A stretch of 64,000 nucleotides of DNA from Selaginella moellendorffii (GCF_000143415.4 NW_003314290.1:797586-861585), one strand, 5' to 3'. Positions 1-11,732 are shown, numbered from the stretch's first letter. The notes: generated from the sequence alone by a model not told the origin. Numbers and translations are program-made.

Positions 1-1412
1 AATGGTATATAGAAGGTTTAATATAATATATTTAAATTTCTTTATATGGTCCATATACTAATTTTTTCTCAATCATATTTATACCTTATTATGTTTTTCA
101 TGTATAAATGCAATGTAGGATAAAGTGGTAGAAAATTTATGATATTATATAAATCTTAGACTACATCTTAGCCAATTAACATCTCAATATGTTTAATTTC
201 TTTTATATTTATATTAATAAATACCATAAGATTACTAATAAGAAAATATTTTACATAACAAATATCTAGAACTATTAACTCCTCTATTTTAAGTTATAAA
301 ATATCATATTTTTATAGAATCTATTTTATTTATATTCTAATTTAGATTTTTTTCCTTTATTATATTTAGTATTTATAATATTTATTTAAACATATTTTTT
401 AAATTTACATTATATTTTAAAATTTTATTTCCATATTTGTATTTGATATCCTCTCCCTTCATAATATTTACATTTATACTTTTTAGAATTACTTTCTAAA
501 AGTTAAAGTATTATATTTTATATCATTAAGATTCTTTCTGTATATGTTTTTATATATAGAGAATGCTAAAATGAATTAAGATTATTACCATTATGGTTAA
601 CTAGTTTGAATCTGCATTTAAAACAAACAAGTAAACTGGAGAAGTCATCAGACTAAACATAATTTTATAAACCTTTCTAATGGCATCCCAAGAGTTTTGA
701 TAAACGACTTTAGAGTGTTTAGCCCAAAGGTCGTTGGGTGTCTGGACATGAATAAAAGAAACAAATCTCGAAGCATCCAGCATTAGACTCCCAAACAGCC
801 CTCTGTTACTCACTCCTGCGCAACAAGAACCAAGTTAGCCACAGAGATCCTGAGAAATGAGAGATCATCTTGAAACTAGATCCATACACACACTGGGAAT
901 CTTGTTGCAAGCCCTTGGCGTGACAGGATGAGAAATCTGGGAGCACCAGGCAGTCTCTTCGTTGCTTGAATGTATATGAGCTTCCCAAGCATAATAAGAG
1001 GCAGTAAAATATGTGTGATGAAACGATGAACACAAACCATACCTCGCATACCTCACATGTAAAGAAGCACTGAGTATATGCGTACATCTGAACCAGGTCT
1101 GCAACTGCATCATGTCTTGACAACACTGTCGCTTCCAAACCTCGCAGCATATCTCTAGCCTAAAGAAATCGTCAACAAGAAAAAGGAAGGATATTTATAC
1201 TCACTCAGTGGTCGTGTCATTGTTTGACATGACTTTGGAAGATCAAGAGACTGCGACTTTTATGGTACGTTTTCTCTTTCTTGTGTTGGACAAGACTGTA
1301 TGGCACACACAATGTAGCAAACAGGAGCAATTGCCAGTGGGGAAGTCGTCACAGAGCTGGAGATCGTGTTCTTCAAACTGTACGCCATTGACCTGTGCTG
1401 TCGCGAATGGCG

Positions 1413-1415
<3 letters not shown>

Positions 1416-1456
<41 letters not shown>
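1416..1456. repeat. (GA)n microsatellite
   Basis: About 20 consecutive AG/GA units, directly visible. Confidence 0.95.
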
Positions 1457-1457
<1 letters not shown>

Positions 1458-2788
1458 ACTCACAATCTGCCCGACCGCCCTAAAAGATTTCATTGATTTG
1501 GAAGGTCATTAAAATCATATTGAAGCGTTGCCAGCCCTTTGGCATTTGATCTATGCCATTTATTTGAAGTTTTTGAATTTGAATCATTAAGATTATAAAC
1601 ATATTCATAAATAATATTCTCAAAATGGAATAAAAGACATATGCCAATAACACTTTTAAATAAGGGAGGATGATGATTAGTCCCATGACGAGGGAGTGAG
1701 GCTCCGGAGCATACCTGGGCGTCTTCATGGGCCTGGTTCTCTGGAATGCGTTACTCGAATCGTCCCTCGAATCGCATCCCAAGTCCCAGTCGAATCCATT
1801 GGCAATGTATCCAGAGCTTCATTCCAGAGTTCTCATGGTCATCTACTCTCCATTTTCGATTCTCACGCACTGGATTTCTAGCATGTTATCTTTCTTCGCG
1901 GTGGCCCTGGCGCTGGAACAAGCGGTGGCAACAGGAGAATTTTTTGATCCAGAGTTTTCTAGAAACTCTGTGGTTACGTTTTGTGGATAGCTGCCGCATG
2001 CGTGTTTCGATGAAAAGACTACCTGGGATCTCCTGAGAAATGGCTGGTTAGAGCTCTCAATCACTGAACACGCCTTCAGGTGATATAGATCCTCCTGATG
2101 TTTAGGTATGGCGGAAGAATTAATTGTGTCTCGCGCTGGAGGAAAAGAAAATAGCTGAGTGCCTGTTTGGATTTTGCCAAGGTTGTACAAAGTGGTTTTA
2201 CAGGGAAGAGGCTTTGAGCGAGAGTTGTGGAGAGATCAAGTTTATATTAAAGCTCACTTCAGATCGTATGCAAGTTGAAAGCAGGACGCGGCCGGACAGA
2301 CCGACGCCAGGTGCCCGATTGCAAGCCCGTGGACGTGATGAAGGAGGTGCTGGGAGAGCTCTTGTCGCTCAGCTCCTCCAAAGGCCCGTGACATGACCGA
2401 GAGTCGGTCGGCCTTCGAAATGGCAGAGGGATCACATAACTAAGTGTCGCAAGCCTGCTACGCCAAAGCCAAAGCCCAGAAGCACAAGGCTAGAAGAGAA
2501 GACTGGGACGATCGAAGCCTTCCAGTTGTTCGAGTGTAAGTCTCTCTAGCTCAAAGACAATCTGGGATCCATCATACCCCGTCCAATTTGATGGCGCTCT
2601 TGATGCTCCTCTGAGATCGCAGCACCAAAGCCGCAGTAGGCACTGAATCGATCAAAACCAGAGGGGGAGCAAATTTATTTAAATACAGTAATATCGCAAA
2701 CAAAGAAGCTGGCAACGCGTGGCAGACACACAACCGTGGATGTCCAACGAACGACCAAGACACCACTTCCTCTCCCTCTTTCTCTTTC

Positions 2789-3421
2789 TCAAAACGCGAA
2801 GCCGTGTGCAGCGCGCTGGACAGAGTAGAGGTCCAGGACGAAGGCAGGCGGTGCCATAGCCGCAGCAGCCGCAGCAGGATTCCCGAAAAACCAGGAGGAG
2901 TCAAGCGGGAGAGCATAGCGGGGCATTCCTGGGTGGGAGCAAACGGCATCAAAGCTTTCAACACCGCTCCAACGCCCTGGCGTTCCCGGAAGAAATCCCG
3001 CGGCTTGAAGAGCATCGTCCGTGACTCTCTGTAGATACTCGGCGTGAGGGCCAAAGGAGTAGCCGTAGAGCGGCGCGGGCTGTCCATTTCCATCCCTCCC
3101 ATACACGACACAAATCATTCGATCAGGGCCGTGATCCCACACTTTGAGGCCGATGGCGAAGTTAACCGTGGGCGAGCGCTGCATAAAGAGATTGCAACGG
3201 CGGAGGAGAGAGCTCAGTGACTGGGAATCAGAAATCTCGACGATGCCGCACGGCGTAGGTGCATACTGGCCATTGGGAGCCAATGCGTAGAAGAGGACAT
3301 CTGGCTGTTTCCTTGTGTTGGGCTCGCGGCTATTCTCGATCGATGTAGCTAGCGGGAACGCGACCTCCCTAAACCCCTGACCAATCGCTGCAGCCATGCG
3401 CTGGTGACATAGGCCGGCCAT
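2789..3421 (-). CDS. Intronless Uma2-like PD-(D/E)XK restriction-endonuclease-fold protein, possibly 5'-truncated
   Basis: GC-rich ORF with first ATG at 3421. Motifs H..., KQPDVLF, PCGIVEISDSQSL match the Uma2/DUF820-type PD...VE(I/V)xxS signature. Homologous over its length to the ORF at 16094-16996. Confidence 0.65.
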   Translation of the reverse strand: MAGLCHQRMAAAIGQGFREVAFPLATSIENSREPNTRKQPDVLFYALAPNGQYAPTPCGIVEISDSQSLSSLLRRCNLFMQRSPTVNFAIGLKVWDHGPDRMICVVYGRDGNGQPAPLYGYSFGPHAEYLQRVTDDALQAAGFLPGTPGRWSGVESFDAVCSHPGMPRYALPLDSSWFFGNPAAAAAAMAPPAFVLDLYSVQRAAHGFAF

Positions 3422-3829
3422 ATTCGCGATAAAACGCAGCAGGCGAGCACACAATTAAAGAGAAGTGTAGTTGATGTTCACTTCATAGTAGTGTTACACC
3501 ATGTCAACTTATTATTTAAAATTGCCTTGTCCGTGTTTTCTAAATTAATGTTCCTGGTTGGTGTCAACTATGTCCTTTTGTTAATGTTATCTTGTTGGTG
3601 CTACTGTAGGAAAAAGCTTTAATACAAAGATTCTTCCAGGAAATAAATTGTATAAGTAGTGGAGGGTTTTACTTAATGAATAAGTCTTATTATTTTCTTT
3701 CTTACCAATTCATGTAGTGTTTACTTTTTAAACTTATTTTTATAATAAAAGGTTTTTGGTTTGCTTAAGCAAACCTATATGGGGACTGGGATGGTAGTGA
3801 ATATATCTAGAATATGCTTGGATATTCTA

Positions 3830-4020
3830 GGATATTCTACCATCTAACGGTTGTTATTCATTTAGATTAATCTTGTATTTATAATTTATAAACATGTTTA
3901 TAATTTATAAATTTTCCTAAACCTTTTCTAGTATATTCTTTTTTATTCTACCATCTAATGGTTGATATGCAATAAAATTAATTTTGTATATATAAATTAC
4001 AAACATGCTTATAATTATAA
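3830..4020. repeat. AT-rich dispersed repeat (two local copies, third copy at ~41747-41806)
   Basis: ggatattctaccatctaacggttgttattcatttagattaatcttgtatttataattta recurs degenerately at ~3945 and ~41747. Confidence 0.6.
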
Positions 4021-4252
4021 ACTTTATTTGATCAATTGGATTAATAAGTAATAATACAAGCAAGCCAAGCAATGCGTAGCAATTTTTTTTTATTATTCTC
4101 TTATTTTTATAACAAAAAGGTTTTTTTTTTTTTTTTATGTTAGTCAAATTTATCCTTCACAACAAGGAGTAGCAAGCACAACATGAAGGCCCGGAATAAC
4201 TGAAGCCGCTTCTCATGCTGCCTCGGAGAAGCCAGCCTTGCCATGACCTCGC

Positions 4253-5352
4253 TGTAAGGAACCAACTCGCCGAGGTGTCGTAGGCTAAGGGAACCCCGAA
4301 AGCATGACCAAAATGACAAAGAGTTCATCGGATGGGACCAAGTCAAAGATCGAGTCCAAGACCGACTCTAGGACCGAGTTCGAGATAGAGTCCGGAATCG
4401 AGTCCAAGACCGACTCGGGGACCGAGTTCGAGTCCGAGTTCGAGACCGAGTTCGAGACGGAGTCCGAGATCCGAAATTGGGTCCGAGATCGAGTCCGCGA
4501 TCGAGTCCGAGACTGAATCCGAAGTCGGATCCGAAATCGGATCCGAGATCGAGCCAGAGACTAAGTCCAAATACTAATACGGGTCAAGGGGTGAAAGCCC
4601 AAAGCGTGCGTCCCCCAGGGGGGGGGGGCTGCAGGGGGTTCCAAAAGTATAGTAGGGATAGTGAGGTCCAGGAACCAGTTTTGAAGGGACTCTCCAGTTG
4701 GGCTTCCAAACCGACTTGAGGTTGGGACTGGGACTAAGGGGCCTTGGGTGGGAGTGAGCATGGACTTGGCTGGTGCCGGAGGGGCCATCCAAGGAAGTGC
4801 TCAAGAGCAGCTCCCACTCCCGAAAGGGAAACCGATTGCGGTGCTCCCGGCTCATGTGGAGTGGTGCCCCACTTGAGTACCATGCGGCTCATTGGTCCTC
4901 GCCCTTCCTAGGGGCTTGGGCCTTCCTTCGGGATGGATGTGGGGGGCGAGGGGTACCCATACCGGGCCGTTAGGCCACGGTGTTTCGCCCCGGCGTCCCG
5001 AAGCAAGTGTTGCACTCAAGACTTGGGATTTAGAGGGTCCCATGATCAAGTCTTGTGGTACCAAGGGATGTTAGGAATCTGGAAGCTTGGTGTGCTTGGC
5101 TGCTTGTGCTTGCGGGGAGTGTAGCCGAACCTTAAGTCCAGTCTAACCCGGGGAGGGGGATTGGGAGTGATTTGGGAATCCGTGGAAGGATGGCTAACTC
5201 TCCGTTGCTCGTGCAGTGAGTAGCTGAAACCAAGTAGGAGCTGGTACCATAGGCGAGAACCTTGGCAAGGGAACTTAGCAAAAGCCAAGGCAGTGTTGGA
5301 CGGATAGACGAGGTAAGCTGGCAAATTGGAAAGGAAAAATTTGTGGCTTACA
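4253..5352 (+). repeat. 5' LTR (1100 bp) containing a hexamer tandem array
   Basis: Near-identical to 10585-11732 apart from a few substitutions and a 48-bp array-length difference. Confidence 0.97.
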
Positions 5353-5355
5353 ATT

Positions 5356-5367
5356 TGGTATCGGAGC
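5356..5367 (+). promoter_or_regulatory. Primer binding site (tRNA-iMet type)
   Basis: TGGTATCGGAGC, 3 nt after the LTR end; one mismatch to the canonical plant TGGTATCAGAGC. Confidence 0.9.
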
Positions 5368-5411
5368 CTTTATCTCAGTTCTAGCGAAGGATAGAGGCGG
5401 ATTGCTGGGAG

Positions 5412-7055
5412 ATGGCAAGGGCAGGGCGTAAGCGAACCCAGGCGGAGACGGAACCTCCGCCGGAGCTGGAGCCTCCGGTTGAACAAGAGGCTATGGATGA
5501 GGAATCCTTGCATGAGGAGGACTCCAGTGAGGAAACTTCCAAACAGGAGTCCGGTGGCGAGGTTCGGTCGTCCAAGGCTCGATTGGACGTGCTAGAAGGA
5601 CAGTTGGCACAGACCAATGCCCTGCTAGAAACTCTCGTACGCAAGCTAAAGCGTGACGAGAGGCGGAAGAAAAAGAAAAAGACTGCGGATGCTGGCAGCG
5701 CAGAAGGTGCGGATCTTTCGGCCGGGACTGAGGCAAAACCAGACAAGGTCGAACAGACCGAAGTGGAATCAGTCCCTCAGGCAGTTCCCAAGTACAAACC
5801 AAAGCCCCCACCGGTCTTCAAGGGAGTGAATGACTATAAGGTGGTGGAGGATTGGTTTTACGATATGGAGGACTACTTCCGAGCGTTGCGGTTACCAAGC
5901 TCGGAGAAGGTCCCATGTGCAAAACCATACTTGGCAGATAATGCCAAGTCTTGGTGGAGAACAACAGAGGCCAACGAAGGACCGGTGGTCACTTGGGACA
6001 TGATGAAGGCGAGGATCCGCGCAACATATGTTCCTCCGAATGCCACTCTGCATCTGAGGGATGAACTGAGTAGGCTGAAACAGACAGGAACCATCCAGGA
6101 ATATGTGAATGGGTTCATGGCAAAGAGGATACTTGTCACGGACATGGGGGATATGGATGCGTTCCATGCCTTCATATCAGGTTTGCAAACCTGGGCTCGC
6201 GGCGAGGTGATGAGGTGGAACCCGACCAACTACAAGGAAGCGTTGGATGCGGCCATCAAGGTGCATTTCAACGATAACCTGCGAAAGGGGAACACGACGG
6301 GGTCGGGATCCACATTTAGCAAAGGGGCCAAACCAAGGGGAACGTATAGCAAGGGGAAATTCAAAAGGAGTTTCTCTAAGAATGAGTCCTCGGGGTTCCG
6401 GAAAGGCAAATCCGGTGGCCAGCGAGCGAGTACGTGGGGGAGTCAAGCGAAAAAGGACAAACCCACGGATAAGAAGGTCAAGTCGTATAGCAGCGTGGGA
6501 AACAACGTATGCTACAACTGCGGCGAAGCGGGACACTTCTCGAGGGAATGTCCCTACCCGAAGAAGGCCAGAGCCAATATGGCCATCAAGTCGGGTGAAG
6601 TCCAAACTGAGGTATGTGATCCAGTCCCTAACTCAAAGTTACTCATTACACGAGCAACTTTGGTAGAGAGTCGTTCGCGACATCTACTAGCCCTCCGAGG
6701 GAAGCTCGGAGGTAGCTTTGTTAAGATCCTTATTGACACGGGTGCTTCGGATAATTTTGTGGCTGCAGACATAGTCCGGCAAGCCGGACTAACGGTGCAG
6801 CGGCTAGGCGAACCAAGGACTATAGAGTTTGTTCAGGGTAGCCAAAGCACCGATGAGGTACTTCGACAAGCGAGAGTCGAAGTGGGGACATGGAAAGTGG
6901 ACATGGATTTCACCGTCTTGGATATGGCGGGATTTGACGTGATCTTCGGAATGGATTGGTTTAATCGGTTCGTGGTAGCCTTGCACAAGGTAGGAACCTT
7001 GTGGTATTGGCGAATGCCCAAGGAAGAAGATCTAGGGTGGAGGCCCAGGATCTAA
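5412..7055 (+). CDS. gag: Gag plus aspartic protease
   Basis: Capsid-like region ([15 protein letters not shown]), CCHC knuckle [14 protein letters not shown], protease motifs ILIDTGAS and DVIFGMDW. Confidence 0.93.
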   Translation: MARAGRKRTQAETEPPPELEPPVEQEAMDEESLHEEDSSEETSKQESGGEVRSSKARLDVLEGQLAQTNALLETLVRKLKRDERRKKKKKTADAGSAEGADLSAGTEAKPDKVEQTEVESVPQAVPKYKPKPPPVFKGVNDYKVVEDWFYDMEDYFRALRLPSSEKVPCAKPYLADNAKSWWRTTEANEGPVVTWDMMKARIRATYVPPNATLHLRDELSRLKQTGTIQEYVNGFMAKRILVTDMGDMDAFHAFISGLQTWARGEVMRWNPTNYKEALDAAIKVHFNDNLRKGNTTGSGSTFSKGAKPRGTYSKGKFKRSFSKNESSGFRKGKSGGQRASTWGSQAKKDKPTDKKVKSYSSVGNNVCYNCGEAGHFSRECPYPKKARANMAIKSGEVQTEVCDPVPNSKLLITRATLVESRSRHLLALRGKLGGSFVKILIDTGASDNFVAADIVRQAGLTVQRLGEPRTIEFVQGSQSTDEVLRQARVEVGTWKVDMDFTVLDMAGFDVIFGMDWFNRFVVALHKVGTLWYWRMPKEEDLGWRPRI

Positions 7056-10000
7056 AGGTAGGGCAAAGCAAGGCCAAAGAGTCATGCTTGAACCTGGTGT
7101 CCACGAGAGGACAACTCACTAAAGGAACTAAGGCAGCCTTTTTGTGCTTACTCTCGGTGAAGAGTGACAAAAAGACAAGAACGGAAGAAGTGCCTTTAGT
7201 GATCCAGCGAGTGTTGGACCAATTCCAGGATACCATGCCGGAGGAGCTACCGGCGGGGTTGCCCCCCGCACGACCGATAGAACATAAGATTGAGCTTGTC
7301 GAGGGCGCTGAGGCGGTGGTTCGTCCCCCCTATCGTTTGAACGAAAAAGAACTCAAGGAGCTCAAGTGCCAACTAGAGGAGTTGGTGGGCAAAGGGTATG
7401 TTAGGTTGAGCAAGTCGCCGTATGGGGCGCCGGTATTATTTGTGAAAAAGAAAGATGGATCTATGCGCATGTGCATAGATTACCGGTTGCTCAACAAGTA
7501 TACCAAGAAGAACAAGTACCCGTTGCCAAGGATTGAGGACCTGTTCGATAGGTTGGGAAAGGCAAAATACTTCTCGAGGATTGACCTAAGGTCAGGATAC
7601 TACCAGATTAGGGTAGCCGAGGAAGATGTCGAGAAGACAACCTGTCGAACGAGGTATGGGAGCTTTGAGTTTTTGGTGATGCCCTTTGGGCTGTGCAATG
7701 CGCCGGCAACGTTTTCGGCGTTGATGAACCACATCTTTGTACCCTATCTGGATCACTTTGTGGTCGTCTATATTGACGACATCCTGATCTATAGCGAGAC
7801 GCTAGAGGAGCATGCCGAACACTTGGCGAAGGTGTTTGAGAAACTAAGGGAACATAAACTGTATGCTAAAGAGAGCAAATGTGACTTTGCTCAGCAAGAG
7901 GTAAAGTTTCTCGGGCATGTGGTGGGCCAGGACGGGCTCAAGGTGGACCCGGAGAAGGTCCAAGCGATCCAGGAATGGGAGCGACCATCGAATGTACATG
8001 AGTTGAGGGCGTTCTTGGGGCTATGCAACTACTATCGAAAGTTTATCAGACACTATTCGAGAGTAGCCCTGCCCTTAACGGATCAAACGGGAAAAGGGAA
8101 GATGGTATGGACAGCGGAATGCGAGGCGGCATTCGTCCACCTCAAAGGGAAGTTGAGGAAGGCTCCGGTGTTGGCATTACCGGACTTTGGTAAGGACTTT
8201 GAGGTAGACACGGATGCTTCGGACTTTGCGTTAGGCGCAGTTTTGAAGCAAGACAACCATCCAGTAGCGTTCTTCTCGAAGAAGCTGGACAAGGCTCAAC
8301 GGAAGTGGCCTGCCCACGAGAAGGAATTGTTTGCGGTGGTCAAGGCGCTCAAGGAGTGGCGACACTACCTTGGGAGACACTTCAAGGTTTACACGGACAA
8401 TGTGGCAACGAAACACTTCTTGTCACAACCCGACCTGAGAGGGAAACAAGGTCGGTGGGCCAATGCCTTGGCCGAGTTTGATTGCGAGATTCTGTACAAG
8501 CCTGGGAAGAGCAACATCGTGGCAGATGCGCTAAGTCGAAAAGCGAGCTTGAGGTTGGCGATCTCCAGCGCAACAGCAACCTTCTGGGACGAGGTGCGGA
8601 CAGCATATGAGAACGATGGTCTAGCACAAGAAGTGTTGTTGAGGAATCTGGAGGCACGGGAAGCTCACCAGAGAGGTGAGCTGCCAACGGAAGAGAAAAC
8701 GGGCTATGCGGAACGCAATGGACTCATTTATTACAAGCAAACGAGGGTGTATGTTCCAGAAGGTGGACTAAGGAAGGTAGCCTTAGAAGAGTGTCATGAC
8801 GGACCTCTTGCGGGACACGGCGGAGTGCCCAAGACGATGGGCTTACTCAAGAGGAAGTACCATTGGCCAGATATGGCTAAGGACGTCCAAGACTATGTAA
8901 AGACATGTCCAACATGTCAGCAGGTCAAAGCCGTGACTAAGGCTAGTGGGGGCTTGTTGCAAAGCATCCCAATTCCAGATCGTCCGTGGAAATGTCTCAC
9001 GATGGACTTCATCACGGGACTACCCCCAAGCGAGGGGTTCGATGCGATATTCGTGGTGGTGGACCGATTTTCGAAGATGGCACATTTCATACCCACCACA
9101 ACAGAGGTGGATGCGGAAGGTGTGGCGAAATTGTTCTTCGAACAAGTGGTTCGAGTGCGGGGAAGGCCAGAGGAGATTATCTCAGATCGAGATAAGATCT
9201 TCACTAGTAGGTTCTGGAGGACCCTCCTGGAACAGTATCGCACCAAGTTGAAATTCAGCACAGCCTATCACCCACAGACAGGTATGGGGTATTAAGTCAA
9301 GTTTGGTGGTCCTAACACTTCTTGACAGACGGACAAACGGAAAGGGTGAATAGGCAGCTGGAGGATTATTTGCGATGCTATGTCTCGGGAGACCAGACCG
9401 ATTGGGTAAGTCATTTGGGACTTGCGGAAATGTGTTATAACAACTCACCACATTCGAGTATCGGGGTGAGTCCATGGGAAGTCATCAATGGGCGAGCTAT
9501 TGAAGGTCCTGTGGAACTCGGCGTGGCCGAGTATCATGGAGAGTTACCCGCAGTGGAGGCATTCACGGCGGAAAGACTCAACATTTGGAATCTAGTGAGG
9601 GATTCCTTGGAACGGGCTCAACAAAGGCAAACCAAGTATGCAAACCTAAAGCGCCGGGATGTAGAGTTCCAAGCTGGGGAGAAGGTGTGGCTGAACACCA
9701 AGAACCTTAGGCTACCAAGTGGGATCAGCCGAAAGTTGACCCAAAGGTAAAAATGCATGTATTCCTGTAAATGAATTGATCTTGAGTTCCTTAAGCAAGT
9801 TCGCGGGGCCTTACGAGATTGAGGCACGAATCGGTAAAGTGGCTTACCGACTCCGACTTCCTCGAGAGATGGGGAAGATGCACCCAGTGTTCCATGTGAA
9901 CTTACTCAAGCCGTACTTTGAGGATCCGCTTCGCAAAGACCAAGTAAGACCTTTACCTGAGGTTATCCAAGGGGAAGAGGAATACGAAGTCGAGGCCATC

Positions 10001-10180
10001 CTCAATGCGCGCAAGAGCAAGCGACAAGGACGCGAGGTGAGAGAGTTCCATGTGAAGTGGAAAGGATTTCCACACTGCGAAGCAACATGGGAACCGGAGG
10101 AGAACCTAGCGAACGCGCGAGATCTAGTGGAGGAATTTCTGCAAGGCAGAACTCTATGTACTTATGCAAAGTTCAATTAA
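7001..10180 (+). CDS. pol: Pol: RT, RNase H, integrase and chromodomain, split by intron-like inserts at 9282-9328 and 9747-9795
   Basis: RT motifs MPFGL and YIDD. RNase H motifs TDAS and ADALSR. HHCC zinc finger, [21 protein letters not shown] and GPY motifs. Chromodomain YEVEAIL...VKWKGF...TWEP. Confidence 0.93.
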
Positions 10181-10275
10181 AAATATCAATTTGCAAAGTT
10201 GAGCAAGTGGCATATGTTGGGACCCGAAGGCGCGCCAAAGGTGAGCTAATTAGCATGGGTTAGCTAGGTCGACCA

Positions 10276-10519
10276 GGCGTAGGGAGCTACGCCCGACTCC
10301 CTGCGGGGATGTCGAATCCGTAGACGTATTCTACGGAGGTTGGGTTTGAGTCCCAACCCCCTAGTAAAGCAAGGCTGGGTTCAAGTCCCGACCCCATACT
10401 AGGGCGTGGTGAGGGGTGGAGTATAGGGACACCTATATTCCGTTGTCATGAGCTCTTGGCCGGGGAGGCTAACTTAGGCACACCGCTAAGTGGGGGGATG
10501 CCCCCGGAGACATGGTCAA
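10276..10519 (+). other. Structured 3' non-coding module (hairpin array, two T-arm/B-box motifs, cloverleaf)
   Basis: Consecutive stems readable by eye. Homologs with compensatory changes at 55331-55557 and 55630-55742. Confidence 0.65.
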
Positions 10520-10584
10520 CAAGTCGTAGGATAAAAAAGAGACGTTCGATGTGGGCATCGAACTTCTTCTATGGGTGGTGGAGT

Positions 10585-11732
10585 TGTAAGGAACCAACTC
10601 GCCGAGGTGTCGTAGGCTAAGGGAACCCCGAAAGCATGACCAAAATGACAAAGAGTTCATCGGATGGGACCAAGTCAAAGATCGAGTCCAAGACCGACTC
10701 TAGGACCGAGTTCGAGATAGAGTCCGGAATCGAGTCCAAGACCGACTCGGGGACCAAGTTCGAGTCCGAGTTCGAGACCGAGTTCGAGACGGAGTCCGAG
10801 ATCCGAAATTGGGTCCGAGACCGAGTCCGAAGTCGAGTCCGAGGTCGGGCCTGAGATCGGGTCCGAGATCGAGTCCGCGATCGAGTCCGAGACCGAATCC
10901 GAAGTCGGATCCGAAATCGGATCCGAGATCGAGCCAGAGACTAAGTCCAAATACTAATACGGGTCAAGGGGTGAAAGCCCAAAGCGTGCGTCCCCCAGGG
11001 GGGGGGGGCTGCAGGGGGTTCCAAAAGTATAGTAGGGATAGTGAGGTCCAGGAACCAGTTTTGAAGGGACTCTCCAGTTGGGCTTCCAAACCGACTTGAG
11101 GTTGGGACTGGGACTAAGGGGCCTTGGGTGGGAGTGAGCATGGACTTGGCTGGTGCCGGAGGGGCCATCCAAGGAAGTGCTCAAGAGCAGCTCCCACTCC
11201 CGAAAGGGAAACCGATTGCGGTGCTCCCGGCTCATGTGGAGTGGTGCCCCACTTGAGTACCATGCGGCTCATTGGTCCTCGCCCTTCCTAGGGGCTTGGG
11301 CCTTCCTTCGGGATGGATGTGGGGGGCGAGGGGTACCCATACTGGGCCGTTAGGCCACGGTGTTTCGCCCCGGCGTCCCGAAGCAAGTGTTGCACTCAAG
11401 ACTTGGGATTTAGAGGGTCCCATGATCAAGTCTTGTGGTACCAAGGGATGTTAGGAATCTGGAAGCTTGGTGTGCTTGGCTGCTTGTGCTTGCGGGGAGT
11501 GTAGCCGAACCTTAAGTCCAGTCTAACCCGGGGAGGGGGATTGGGAGTGATTTGGGAATCCGTGGAAGGATGGCTAACTCTCCGTTGCTCGTGCAGTGAG
11601 TAGCTGAAACCAAGTAGGAGCTGGTACCATAGGCGAGAACCTTGGCAAGGGAACTTAGCAAAAGCCAAGGCAGTGTTGGACGGATAGACGAGGTAAGCTG
11701 GCAAATTGGAAAGGAAAAATTTGTGGCTTACA
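10585..11732 (+). repeat. 3' LTR (1148 bp)
   Basis: Direct repeat of 4253-5352. Confidence 0.97.

Larger units (their letters stand above)
4253..11732 (+). mobile_element. Full-length Ty3/gypsy chromovirus LTR retrotransposon (Galadriel-like)
   Basis: TG...CA LTRs at 4253-5352 and 10585-11732. 5-bp TSD CTCGC at 4248-4252 and 11733-11737. PBS TGGTATCGGAGC at 5356-5367. Purine-rich PPT at 10571-10584. Domain order gag-PR-RT-RH-IN-chromodomain. Confidence 0.97.

Noticed and set aside
601-2400. Short ORFs that may be gene remnants
   Set aside because: No recognisable motif, and no consistent exon chain could be assembled.
10276-10519. Hammerhead ribozyme (retrozyme)
   Set aside because: No CTGA(T/N)GA plus GAAA core seen in the structured module.
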